A DNA stretch of 62,431 bases, filler included, from Choristocarpus tenellus KU-1152 (lineage: Eukaryota > Protista > Phaeophyceae): assembly GCA_964200185.2 (NCBI GenBank). It is 12 parts of 12 records of this genome, joined end to end, with 100 filler letters (N's around TTAATTAATTAA, not from the genome) between each part and the next. Parts side by side here need not be neighbours in the genome. Positions count along the whole stretch, not along the records: positions 25,356 to 31,020 come from CAXNAD020010087.1; positions 31,121 to 34,493 come from CAXNAD020020465.1; positions 34,594 to 40,713 come from CAXNAD020008893.1; 9 more parts are not named here. One strand, 5' to 3'. The position numbers were made by a program, and so were the translations under genes. The stretch's first letter is position 1; every line of letters begins with the position of its first letter. The notes beneath the pieces were generated by a model that searched no databases, was not told the origin of the DNA, and was given only the letters and a program-made list of their open reading frames with translations. Of the stretch, positions 25,440 through 38,500 are shown in pieces.

Positions 25440-28400
25440 AGGTGGCACAAGGAGGTTCCCCTGACTCATGTCGGAGCGCACGCTGAACACAACACTGCAC
25501 GTCTTGTTCTTGCACTGATAGTCCCGTGACACCTCCAGCATCTTGATGTTTCCGGTACGGATCACCGTTCCCTGGGGTCGATGAGACAGGCACCGACGGT
25601 ACTCTTGGTGAGAAATATTGCAGCGAGGAAACTGACGATACACACGCCCGCCACATGGTAAATTAATGAATATATATGAAATGTGTAATGAGTAGTATGT
25701 ACGCACCACTTTGTTCTTGATTCCAACGAATACAATCAACTTCAATTCGGCCACACTATGATAGAAGCAAAACTGATCGCTGTAACCGACGAAACTGTCA
25801 TCACAGAAAAAAGAGAACTAAAAACCCCACAAAAAACGCGCGAGGTGAAGGCAACCATCACCTACTATTCAATACTGGCGTTCATTTTTTTTTTTCCCCA
25901 TATTTTGTATGTACACATGTGTGATAGGTCATTTTTGTCTGGGCTGCAAAGTACACCACCTGACCCTAACAGTATTGAAGGATTGAAGGACCACTTTTAA
26001 TACAAACCTTACCCACACAGCCAAGAACATCAGTACTTTTTGGGGTGCATGTCCTAGAGCCGGTCACCGAAAAACATAATTTAGAAAAAAGAAAAAAAAT
26101 AGTATTTTTTATGTTGTCATGTGCCATACAAATCTTGTCATGTGCCATGCAAATCTTGTCATTTCTTTTGAGGAAGTACAAAGCATACCACAACTAAACT
26201 AGCCAATGATGAACCATACTCTTGACTGCTCTAGAGAGGAGCTACACACGAGCATGCAATACACACACACACCAAACAACTACTCCATATTGAGTGTACA
26301 ATTTTGTATAGAGTATATAAACTTACTACTGAACAACACTATTGTGGTGATGTATCAAGGAGGTAGAAACAGCGCCTCCTTATCCTGACCATCTCCAAAT
26401 GTTTCTGAGACAAGGGCCCTGTCAAGACTGGGGTGAAGGTTGTACTTGGGGTAGAAACAAGGCTAGGCTAGGCGGCACCAAACTAATGTATTTCCTCATT
26501 GTGACAAATAAACACCCCATTCTGTACAGTGGGGTGGACATACTTGAACTGTAATTGATTTGCTGTTACTAGTACTCTGTTTCCTATAGTACAGCACAAA
26601 ATATCTCTGCACAACTACATATACGCCTCTATATATACACATATACGCCTCCTCCCCTCCAAATCCCTCTACACGACACCCTGCCATAAATACCACCACT
26701 ACCCTACTCACTCAAAAGTCAGCACGCACTTCACCTTAATTTCTCTTTCTTAAAGCTGGAAACATGCAATCCACATCACTAAAAAAAAACAACTTGCAAC
26801 AGCAGTTCAAAATCTACTACTGCCCACCTGTATCTGAATCAGAACCCCGAGATCATTGCCTCGAATAGAACTGATGTTATGCTTGAAGAGGTCCCCCAAA
26901 GGAGGAACATGAGTAAACCTCACATACACATTGGCCTTTACCGACAATTCTCCTCCTTCACGTCGACCCTCTCCACTCTCAAAGTCACCACCGACCAAGC
27001 TATGTTTTGCCTCGCCCCCTGCTGATGCACCGGCAGCCTGAGCACCTTGTTTGGGGAGCTTCTGCCCATGGGACGCCGCAGCTACCATGCGGTCCTGAAC
27101 GCAGTCTAGTGCCTCCCTCATGAGCTTCAGTTTGTTCAAGGAGGGATGGGGCAGGGAGGCGGAGCAAGTTGGGAAGCGGGTATATGCGATGGGGTAGGGG
27201 ATACGGGGTGTGTGTATGTGAGTGTGTGTGTGTGTGTTGTTTCTGGTAATAGCTTAGGGTTAGGGTCAATGTCCAAAGCCGTGCATCAACAAAACAAAAA
27301 AGAGAGCATATAAAAGATAGTGATACTCTGGGGTTATCCCAAACGTGAACCGGAAAAACGGGCGCATTTGGAATGCCCTTAGTAAACCACTTGCTTAAGC
27401 ATACAAAAAGGTAGTTCCATGATACTACTGCCAACCATGAGCTTGCATCTCAAGTTATGAGTGCTTTGCAGCAGTTCTTCAGCAAAAGTAAAACTTCCGT
27501 CTCTGTCCCTTGATTCCTTTCCTCATCCGTGTGTATGTGTGCATGTGTGCATGTATATGTTGTAGTTGTAATGTTCCAATATTTGAAACAAGTGCACGGA
27601 TATTTGAAGGCGCGCTTCAATTGAGCAGGTAGCATGAATCACACTCCATTCTTGCTTCTATACATGCACTCGTGTCAATCCATGCGTGTGTGTCAATTTG
27701 TGTCAACCTTGTTTGTCGATTTGTTTCAATCTTTTGTCTCCATTTGTGTCAGTCATGTTGTGTTTGATATACACACATGTAATATGTATGTACATGTGTT
27801 GAAGAAGAAAAGGAGGCTCTGTTCAGGTCAACGAATTGATATTCATTCTTCAGCAAGCTGTCCTGCGCCCACCCCATGCATGTTGGTTTGGTAGGTAATA
27901 CAACAAAATTGCAATGAGAGTGGTGACAGGGCTGGGAGCAGGGGTGCAGTAGGGTACAGGAAATGTGGCTCATAGTGGAAGAATTCAACAACAGAAATCA
28001 TCTACTACAGTGGGAGTGTTTAGCGAATACATGTCTGCTTGACAGTTACGTTGTCTGTGAATATCTAAGAGTTGAGGTAACTGAGAGGGGTGTGGTATAT
28101 GTCCTGGTCACTTTGAGAGTTCAGGAGAGTTTTTTCAATTCTATTTTAAAAGAGGGTGAGATTAAAAGAAGGCATCGATATGGCTAACTTGTACGGTGAA
28201 ATGCACTCCACTGTTGTGGACTAAATGCCAAATAAACATCTGCCACTAGAGAGTCAGAGGGGTCCTTAAAAGCTCAGCGGCAACACGTTCTTGGTTGCTT
28301 TGTCTCTAACTGATACATCTGAGGTCAGAGTGTTGTAAATAGTGACACCCACCAAACCATCAAGCATTGCATGGTATATACTGGTTGCAAATTACTGGAG

Positions 28401-29936
28401 TGTGCATATCTGGGAGGTCTGAATCACATGACAAATGTGATGCATGCACACTTGACACATCCATTTTGTAGGTTCGAATACAGATGCAGCATTCACTTCT
28501 TTCATGTGAAATAAATTGAGAAATGCACAAGAAAATTTTATGTGAGCATGTAGAAAAAAAAAGTACTGATAAAAAAGGATGTGTGTGCCTGTGTTTGTCA
28601 AAAATTTAGTTGACCTAGTACACTCTCTAAAGTGTACACAGTTGAGTTGAAGTAAGAGGCGTATGTGTTTTGACCATTCCAAGTATCAAGGGATTTTTTT
28701 AAACTTCAAAAAATAAGACACTCGAGAAAGGACAGTGATAGTAAGGGCAACTTGCTTCTACGAAGTAGTGTACCCATAAAAGAGTCAAAATGCACCCCAG
28801 TACGGACAGAGTGCTCCAAAAACTTATGCGCTCAGAAATTCAGAGGGAGTCCTAAAATTCATTGGCATCCCCCTCCTGGTTATCTAGACTCCGTTGCATC
28901 CCATTCATGTACATAGTGTATATATTGGGGTAAGGACTCCCTCCAAAAGAAAGGTAAAAACTGCTATTTCATTTTTAAATCTGCGTTCATCCTGGCATAG
29001 GCTTTTATAGTCGCTAACGTAGCTCCAATCAACCAACCAACCAATCAAGCGATGGTATCCCACTCACCTCAAGCAGCAGGTCAGGGTGGTGAAGGACCAA
29101 GTAGGCCAGGCGAGTATCAAAGTGGATGAAGTCTTGACAGCTACCCCCACCACAACAGATGGTCAGGTGTCAGCAAGCGACGGAGGGTGACGTGTTCGAA
29201 GCACAGGAGAAAAATCGGCGATATGCTCATTTGTGTATTATTGGATTTGGGACCACATAAAAAGTTGAGTAATGGTAAGATTGTGCAGCGGGGGGGGGGG
29301 TGGGAGAGGGGGAGGGCAAGATATGTGTTGGGGCTTCTATCGTCTGTCCTACTCCTCTTGTTTACTATTCAGTTATTTCTTGATCCAACTAGAGTACACA
29401 TGCAGGTGAACAATGAATCCGATTACATTATCTGTTGAGCACAGCATCACGTGTTCGGGACAGAGAAGCGATCTGTTGTGTGAATTGCTCCACTATGTCT
29501 ACTTCCCCCCTATCCCAACCGGGAGATCTTCATGCTTCCGTCATATTGCACCCACTTGAGTGTGAGAGAGAAGTCACGTGACTGGTCTGGACAGCTTACA
29601 ATGGTGGAGTGGATTACTCCAAGATAGTAACGCTCCAGAAAAACAGTCATCTCCCTCACGTATTCATCAGGCCCTGCTCGGGGGGTGGGACGTGTTATGT
29701 GGGTTTTTGCGAAGAGTGGCAGGTTGATGTCGATCTCGCTGCATGGAGGCGGATGATATCTGGATTATATAGTGAGAGTGTTGAAGGATCCAAAACAAAT
29801 ATTGTTTCGTGACATGCCCCTACTTGCACGGTCTTTTCAACTCAAGGCTAGAAGTGGTCTTCGTGAGTTTTGGTGGCATGTTGCGACACAGATCCAGTAG
29901 CACTATCTCACCATAAAAAGGCAACCTCTTCTCCAT
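25440..29936 (-). CDS. MCM9: DNA helicase MCM9, N-terminal exons (3' truncated by contig end)
   Basis: Phase-compatible GT-AG exons: 29936-29912 (MEKRLPFY, tentative); 29673-29556 (PDEYVREMTVFLERYY...RDFSLTLN); 29140-29068 (CQDFIHFDTRLAYLVLHHPDLLLE); 27124-26828 (LMREALD...LSVKANVYVRFTHVPP...IRGNDLGVLIQIQ); 25571-25440 (GTVIRTGNIKMLEVSRDYQCKNKTCSVVFSVRSDMSQ). MCM N-domain, OB fold and Zn finger; GTVIRT...KxLE..RDY.C fits MCM9. Confidence 0.87.
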
Positions 29937-31120
29937 CCATTCTTGTCTCTTCTACATCTAAACTCTTGACACGACCCACCGCTTCCGACTCAACCAGCTA
30001 CGCGAACACCAAAGCACTCCTTTTTGATACAGCGCAATCAATACCGACAACATAGCACCTATTAACTTGGGGTTGTAGGACTTCAGACCCACAGCCCGGA
30101 GCCTTCCGCCGTCATTTCTTCTTTCACTCAAGCCCCCTCTTCCACCGTCTTTTTGTTCAGGATTCATTGTGAAGACAAGTGGTGGTGTCTTGATGAAGAT
30201 AGGATTTCGTTTTGCTTACTAATTCTAGGTTATTGATTTATTCTATGTTTGCATTCCACCCATATCTTCATTCTCCTCCTCCCCACTATACTACCACTTT
30301 TGACCATCTAGTTAAAAGTATTTTAGAGGGTGTGAGTTTTGTTATCTTTGTCGATTTGAAGCTTGACTTCGCCTATTTTTGAACATTTTAACCAATTGAG
30401 GTTCCTTCTCAACAACCTATAGATCTTTCATGGGAATGAACCTATTCTACAAACCACTTTATAGATATGGGACTGCTCATTCTTATTTTCTGAAAGATAC
30501 AATATTTAAACCTTACCTTGTATACAATTCATAATATAGGTCAGAGGGCATAATATTCTAATATATATAATAGGTAAATTAAATACTTAAGCCACTCACA
30601 GGACACTGTGACAAGACATTTAAGTATCACAGGAGGTCTGCAACTTCAGAATACACCATATGACTTGGAATGGATTGTCTGGTTCAGAGGTCCGGCCCCA
30701 TGAGCAAGCCTTAGTCAGCAGGTGAAAACATCGCATAAACGGCAAATAATGGAAATAGATTAACTTTGTTTTGCTCACGAATTCTGGATTATTATTATTT
30801 GCCATTCCTCTCTATTCCCTTTCCTCCCCACATTCTATCAACCCTTGAGACCAACCAGTCCGACCTCTTCGCCACTGATTTCCAGCCTCCCTCTTTCAAC
30901 CACTCAGTATTTAACTCTTCATTCCCTTCTTGCTAATAATGTTTATTTCTTTCCTGTCCGCTCTCTTACCCTGTGGACCCAATTACAGTACCTACCCCGA
31001 TTTTGTTCACCCCTGTGTATNNNNNNNNNNNNNNNNNNNNNNNNNNNNNNNNNNNNNNNNNNNNTTAATTAATTAANNNNNNNNNNNNNNNNNNNNNNNN
31101 NNNNNNNNNNNNNNNNNNNN

Positions 31121-31165
31121 GACCCCCAAATGGACGCGGCTCTACCCTCTAAGATACTTTGACTC
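31121..31165 (-). mobile_element. MITE family B end at contig start
   Basis: gacccccaaatggacgcggctctaccctctaagatactttgactc. Confidence 0.8.
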
Positions 31166-32029
31166 AGAAGAGAGGTAGGTAGGTCCGGGTTGACCCCTCT
31201 GTACACCATGACCATGTAACCTAAACTGCACACAGCTTGTGTCCGATAAACAGAACAACAGGGCAATGAGTATTATTGTGATCACCTTTGAAATCACATC
31301 AGCAGCATCAGCGTTGAAGCATGCACCAACAACTTAAGGTTGTTTCACCAGGGGGAGAGGGGAGGGGACTGTAGAAGAAGAGGTGCACCTAGTGTTGTGT
31401 AAGGCTACATTATGATTAATACACTAGAGACAACAATGAAAAACAAGCTGTTCGTTTTATGTAGTGAGTGCTAGAGCAGTGAAAGCCTATGGGGGTTGAA
31501 GGGCACAAGAACCATCACTGATCATCACATCAAAGTATTATCGATACTTTGCTGACCACAGCTTCACTATTTTAAGTTGGTGGGCTGTTTAGTTCAGGTA
31601 TGTTGAAGTAGGTGCTTTGAAAGTACAAAGAACACAGTAAGTAGTCACAAAAATAAACAAATCACCAGATAATGAATCACCCGCTACTGCAACTTCAACA
31701 TTAATAAACGTTACACAAAGGATACACAGAGGCAAAAGCACACACACACAAACACATACAAACACCATCAATATTCTGCCCACCACAAGGTTGGATGACT
31801 ACATTTTTACCAACTATCACCAACCTCTCTTGAACTAGTTGATACCGAAGTCTAGCCCGGATGATGAAGAACATACTCACTACCCCCTGTAACAGAGGGG
31901 CTTGCACTATTGGGTCAGCATAATGGGGGGGAGAGTCTGCTTTACAACTGTGCTTTCTACATCAGGGCCAGCAAGTTCTCTTTTTGCCCGCTACCTATAT
32001 ACCATCCTTACTTTACCCACGCAAATATT

Positions 32030-34384
32030 TTAGTTGTCACAATCCTGAACAAGAATAGCTGCAGAGTGCCCACCACCACAGCTCAGCGACTCCACTTTCC
32101 ACCCTGGACGACCAAGGCCAGAGACCTCCGTGGGGACCAGCCCAGCCCTGTTTGGGGCCTGAGGGTGCACAGAAGGCAAATGCTTCATGTGTTTCACATT
32201 TCTATTAATAGAAGTATGGGTTTGGGGGGTTTGAGACCAGGGTTAGTGGTTCTAAACTATACCATACGCATGCACACAAGTTGATGTCAACACACAAACC
32301 ACACAGGCCGACCAGGTCTCATACCCCCCTAGAGATGCTCTTTATATTAACATTAATAGTAATAGTACCAATACTTCATTATGTACACGGTAGTGTGGTT
32401 TGTTCCTTTGAAATTGACTAGGAAGTAGCCTAGACTATGAGCACTACCAGAGAGCACAGTTTAGTCTTTCCAAGGAAAATACCGGTCAATTACAAATATT
32501 CTATCTCATGCGGTGACTTACAGATATAACCCTCAACCCGAAGGAAAGGATGAAATGAAAATGCTTGAAAAATATGCAAACTCATGGACATGGATTTTGT
32601 TCTTAAAACGGCTATAATAGTCAGTTTCATAGATCATTATTCCATTGCAGATTTGTGCAAGTTTGGTATGGGATACCAGGAAGTTTATCTGCAGGAAATA
32701 GAAAAAAAAGGGATGGTTTTTGCGGGTCAGAACCTCAGAAACCACCACCCATCACTCAACATATTCCCATCTCATTCTTATCCAAGTAACCATTCGCAGT
32801 GTGAAGTCAAAATACGGTTGATTTAATAAAACTTGAAATGGCTCCTCTTTTCATGTTGACCTGGAGAAATCAGAAGCACAACAAAGAATATTTTTGGGTC
32901 CAAGACACCCAAATCTCTAATGCAGAGGTGGGGGGGGGCTTGAAAATATTTCAAGGATTTGAACCACAAAACGCTCTTGTCATGCTCTAAGTTTATGTAG
33001 TTGAACATAAAAGAGGAAGCAATAAAACATTTATGCTGTCACTATAGCACCCCTGCTAACAGGTAAACAGCACTAGCATCCTGCTTCTAGAGTATTGTTA
33101 TACATAGACATCTACTCCAGCACATTCCTACTGTAGGAATGAGTGTAATTAAGGAAGCACATGATGTTGTCCTCGGATTCAATTACTCTACAATCGACCC
33201 CCTACATGGTGTCTGCCCTCTTGCAACATTTGCCAAAACAGCAGTCCTCTGTTGTGTGATGTTGAGATTTAGGGGGGGGGGGGTTNNNNNNNNNNTTAGA
33301 AATATCGAGAAAAGAGGGGTTGTTGGTGGCGGGGTTGTGTGGTTGGGGGGGGGGGGGGGGGGGGTTACTGAAAGCCGCTGCGCAGACATCTTCTAGTGCA
33401 CTTAGTGCAGTGTATGGGTTATTCTATTCTTGGTATTATCATTTTTCTTTCCATCTCAGGTACCATCCCATTGTATCATTTTCTCACAATTGGTCATCCT
33501 TAAACCCTAACCCCTCCATAGGATGACAAGCACCTCAACTCTTTATTCAGGTAGTGGAAGGGTTGGTGGGGGAAAGAACGTCCCTGACCCGCATCACCGG
33601 ACAATGATTTTCCTTATGATTCCGTCTTGATCTCATCAGAAGCAGCAACTACTCCGGAGTACCTTGGAAGCTATTTTTCAGTTACAGATGTGTACCACTG
33701 TACTTGATATCTGAACAACCGCAAACCCCTGAATTTTTTTTAACAAGGAATATATAATAAATGTACACCTCCTGCAGGGGCAAAAATGATACATTATGAA
33801 CTGCTGAACATCAGACCTGCAAATAGATACAACAGGGTGCCGTGAGCACACATTACACGCAACTTTAACGCCTGTCGTGTGCATAGCAACACCAAAAGAT
33901 TTATTGTAAAACTGGAACAAAAACTGAGGAACCACCACCTCAGTTCTGTTAGTAACCTTATTAACAGAAAACAGTTGAGCCAGGTATGTACTGGACATAT
34001 GCTTATACACCTCCAAACCAACCCACTTATACATTTACTAAAGACGTAGCATTAAAAGGTTCTCAATGAGTATTCTACTACAACATACCATACAAACTAC
34101 CATACCCCGCCAAACAAACAACTCTTAATGGAACTTGTGTACTATATTACTGCACCAGAGCACCCTCTTGTACCCCATACCTCTTCCTTTGTCCCCAGAC
34201 GCCCATGATCCTGACGCCCAAAGCTATAGACTCTGCCTGCCTTTGTGAGCACTAATGTGTGGCTCCCCCCTAGGCATGTTTGAACAACAGGGTCAAGTAC
34301 TTGTGTTGCGTCATCAACTGCCCCTCCTGTAGACCCTGTATGGTGATGATGGTCATTTCCAAGAGGTACTGGCTTGAGGAGCCA
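32030..34384 (-). CDS. RCC1-repeat protein, last two exons
   Basis: Exon 34384-34181 (...DPVVQTCLGGSHTLVLTKAGRVYSFGRQDHGRLGTKEE) splices in phase 0 to 32158-32030 (APNRAGLVPTEVSGLGRPGWKVESLSCGGGHSAAILVQDCDN*); canonical RCC1 motifs. Confidence 0.88.
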
Positions 34385-34660
34385 CTGGAAAAGAACAGAG
34401 GGGGGAAGGGGGAGTAGGGCGAATGCTCGGGGGTGGGGGGGGGGCTTGGGGTAAAGGGAAGCACGATTTAAAAAGAAATACATTCACGACAGGNNNNNNN
34501 NNNNNNNNNNNNNNNNNNNNNNNNNNNNNNNNNNNNNTTAATTAATTAANNNNNNNNNNNNNNNNNNNNNNNNNNNNNNNNNNNNNNNNNNNNGGGGGTG
34601 GGGGGGGGGTGGGGGTGGGGGGGGGTGTGGTTGTTTGTTGGTGTGGGGGGGGGGGGGGGT

Positions 34661-34709
<49 letters not shown>

Positions 34710-34740
34710 CGAAGGGAGATTTTATTTTTTGTTGTGATTA

Positions 34741-34962
34741 TAGGGGTTAGGGTGAGTGGTATGACGATGAAATACGTATGATAGGGTTAGGGTTAGGGTT
34801 AGGGGATTAAGAATACCGGTGTTTATTCGTACATTGTTTATATATTTTAGGATGGAAAAGCGTCTGTACTTGTGGGCATTGTTTTGGAAAGAGGTTAGGG
34901 TTAGGGATTGTCTTTGTTCTTCGGGAATTGATGACTGAACTTCCTGTCCTAACCCTAACCCT
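34741..34962. repeat. Cluster of short telomere-type (TTAGGG)2-4 motifs in both orientations
   Basis: tagggttagggttagggttaggg near 34782, ggttagggttaggg near 34892, cctaaccctaaccct near 34948. Confidence 0.75.
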
Positions 34963-35529
34963 ACTATGTTGAGGTTTTTTAGTTAATTTTTAATTAGTTG
35001 ATATATGTTGGTGTTGGTAAGTGCTTGCTAACCGCCTGTGGCACCGATGGTTGTTGAAGTGTTGCACAAGTTGAGCGACAGGTCCTTTTGGAAGTCACGC
35101 TTCTTATTGTTAAAAACTCTCTTGGTGCTGCTACGTAGTGCTCCGGAGCGCTCTAGTATTTTTTTTATTATGTCCCCCCTGACACGTTGCGGGGATTGTC
35201 ATGCAGGAAGAACAAGAGATGTGAAGGAGACAATTCAACAATTTCAACGATAAGTAATATGCCACAGTAGAGGCTGGACAAGAGGAAGGGCTGTGTGTAA
35301 AGACAGCAACCGACATCGCCGTTGAAGGGACTACTAGCCCTAACCCTAAGCCACTACCATCCTCGGAGGTGCTAGATGTAAACCAATAGGCAAGGAAACA
35401 AGGAAACAGCAAACGGACTCTGACTCTATGGAAGGCGGGCGAGAACCAAGGGAAGAATTGCATCAAGATCTGTCTAGTCATATCAATGCATCAAGATCTG
35501 TCTAGTCTCTCCCGTCCCATCAACCTGGA

Positions 35530-38500
35530 GTTTCTAGTTCATAAGCGCAATACTCTTCTGGAGATAGTCACTTGACTGGTGACTTGAAAAAAATGTATGG
35601 ACTCGGCTGTGATTTCTACAGCTCCCTTTCTCCTGAAACCCTCTGTCTCCCCTGCCTCCTACAAAACGAGTTGGCAGCAGCTCATCTGCAAATAGCTCCG
35701 GCTGTGTACCAAGGCACCCGAAGCTTTCTACCCTGAAAGGTGATGGGGTGACAACATTCATTAGCAAAAAATATATATCCCCCCTAGCAGTTACAGTTAC
35801 AACCCACTGCTGCTGCTGTTCAATGGTGACGCTATTGTTGTTCGATGAGTTGCAGAGGTGGAATTGCATTCCGATTCTGCTTTAAGGTCAATATATCCCT
35901 CCAGGATTATTGTTCCCGTCTCCTTGTAGGGTTAGGGTTAGTACTGCAGTGGAGAGTGCTCTTGCAAGGAAGACTGCATCCATACTGAAGATTGCAGTTG
36001 GTGATGAAGGGGCTGCTGTCCTCCAAGGTGCAGGGGACACCCATTCGTCTGTAGATGCTGCCCAGTTGCTGGACCACGGGTTTGTGCTGTTGTACTTGGC
36101 CACCACCTCAGGGGTATGACAGCAGTGTGAGCATGACAAGTGTCCACTGCTTGGTTCCTACATCCCTCTATCGCTGGGCGTCCATTGTAGAGCGGCTCCT
36201 CTATCCCCTACAGAATGTTTTGCTGCAAGGCAATATTCTGGGGGAGGAATCCATCTGGCTGATTAGAGGGTTGAGTGGAGGCCCAAGTTTTGGCCCCCTG
36301 TCAACCAAGGCTCCTTCCTGCGCCCAGGTAGAGTCATTATTGAAGACCCCTATCCAATTCTGTGGTCTGTGGGGAGGTTGAGGTTGAGGTTGACTCTCTC
36401 TCTCTAGGCCGAAGCAGAAAAAGTTGAAACGGACTTGGTTGAGTAATTTGGTCATGTCCAACCATCATGTGGAGTGCAGGGGAGGGGAGATGCAGCCCCA
36501 CTTCAGCGACCAGGTTACCTGCAGGGACCCCAGCAGAGAGGATGGATGAAGCTATTACGTGGAAGCTCCGAGTATCAAGACTCTCCAGGCTGTAGCCAAC
36601 TGACAACAGGACTCGATACCTCGCCTGCGACCCCATTGTTTGTTGGCTTGCAAGAAGAGAGGAGAAGGGGGTTGGTGATGAGGCTACAAGAGCAGCATGC
36701 TGATGGTGGATAATAGAAGAGAGACCTGGGCGCGCCTAACCCTGTTGGCATTTGGGGTCTGGGCGCGGTGATGTGTCTCTAAGCTAGTTCTAATATTCAC
36801 TGGTACACCCTCCGAGGAAAATGATCCACGGCCTCAGGTGAGTCAGGTGAGTCAGCAATTTCCATGTTCTTTTCGAGGACCCATGGTAAAGTATTGTCCA
36901 CCTGTTGAGTGGTTAGGCCTGTTGTTGCAGGGGGGGGCGCTACCCTGACCAACTACCTAAGGGTTAGGGAAGAGGGACCATGCGTTAAGAAGTGATGCCA
37001 CTTGATTGTCCTCCGTTTCTCTCTGTGGTGTGCCTGGGAAGATCTTGTGACCCAGACCCTGCCAGAACTCAATCCACTTGACCTTGGTCTAAACCGCTTG
37101 TGCCAATGGGAACACACGGGGGGCCACAAAACCATCGGTGCCTGGGGCCGGGTTGATGCCCCCTGCGGCAAGGAGGTCCAACTCAGACTGGAGGCGCTGG
37201 TGGTCCTTGGTGGGCGGGAGGACAAGAAAGTTTTCTTCATATTGAGGAGGATATCGATCCACCCTCTGTGGGTTGGTTTTCTTAAGTTGGGAGATGGCAT
37301 CTGTAGTTGTAGAATCAATCAATGCTATGAGAAGAAAGAAGTGAATCATCAACCTTGCTTCTGGACAAGACCCATCTACCTAAGGGTCAACAGTGGTCTG
37401 GATATTCTTGAGTACCTTGGAGGTGGTGGCCAAGCGAAACAGGAGGGGGCCTAGTGAGTTACCTTGCTGGGGTACTGGCCTATATGGTAGTATTCTGACC
37501 CCTCTCATCTAGTGGAAAAGGTAGCTCTGGACAATTGCTGTAGACCTTATTGGTTAAGAGCTCAGTAAGGACATCTGGAGTTACTCAACGAAGGCATTTT
37601 TCCCCATCCAGGATTTTAAGACCCATTCCCTCACACCCTTTCCGTAGTCGGACATCTCTTAAGACAACCGGTAGGATCCTCTTCCCCCCCGTTTTGGGAA
37701 CTCCGAAAATCCTGATGGAACATTGCACATATATCCCAGTTTGCTCCGGGTATGGACACCAGCGAGAGCTGGATGAGGTGCATACCCTCCTACGGGATGA
37801 ACATCGAGAAGAACCTATGTGATGTGATAAGTGCGATAAGTGCGATATGTGTGATAAGTGTGATAATTGCGATATGTTTGATAAGTGGGAGAAGTGGGAT
37901 AAGGTCGATAAGTGGGAGAAGTGGGATAAGTGGGATATGTGTCAGAAGAAAATGACATGAGTGATATGTGTGATATGTATGATAATGTTGGCTTGTGCTG
38001 TGCGGCGGCTGCTGGGGATAACCTTGATCATGTTGATGATGTTAAAATCGGGGCGATCTGTGTCATACATCTGCACTGTGCCCAAGGTCGCTATAATCCT
38101 GGAGGCGTGGATGCCCTGCTTGTAGCGAGGCTGTGGGGGGGGACTGTGCACCTTGTCCCTCTGCCCCTGAAATGCCTTGGGGTACAGTGCCATCGCTGGG
38201 TCGCCACTGTAGACATACCCTGTGCTGGCTGGAGCTTTGCTGTGCATACCGCTTCCCCCCCTTGTCCATGGTTGGTGCATCTCTCGTAACCTCTCCCTCC
38301 CCCCTGTCGCTGTAGGCCCTGTGTATGTGGGATGTTGAACGGGGGGGTGGGGGAGGGATGGTAATGTATCTACCCCCATGCAAGTCAGTGGTAGTGGGGA
38401 GGGTGGCGAGCGTGAGGTGACTGGGGTGACATTAAGAGAACCAAGGGAAATAATGCAACCCAAGATGGAGTTGCATGTTGGGCAGGGGAAGGTTGGGACT
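35530..38500 (-). mobile_element. Near full-length decayed CRE-like non-LTR retrotransposon (RT plus restriction-like endonuclease)
   Basis: Motifs in the expected order on the minus strand: PCPTC Zn finger (~38480); PIPVGG (~37790); frameshifted LDGENAF (37608-37590); QQGNSLGPLLF (37469-37437); degenerate xVDD (~37350); DG..PRVFPL; QARY..VGYSLES; GGGQVQQHKP..LGSIYRRMGVPCTLEDSSPF (~36120-36000); VESFGCLG..ELFADEL..VGGRG (~35730). Many stops. Confidence 0.8.
37815..37985. repeat. 9-bp minisatellite GTGNGATA(A/T) inside the retrotransposon relic
   Basis: More than 12 imperfect units such as gtgcgataa, gtgtgataa and gtgggataa. Confidence 0.8.

Noticed and set aside
33575-33672. Candidate extra RCC1-gene exon (LPRYSGVV...)
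   Set aside because: Contains stops in all frames, and the flanking exons already join in phase.
34594-34710. Very long poly-G tract near TTAGGG repeats as a possible true telomere
   Set aside because: The TTAGGG arrays are short and in both orientations, and poly-G at a contig start is a common short-read artefact.
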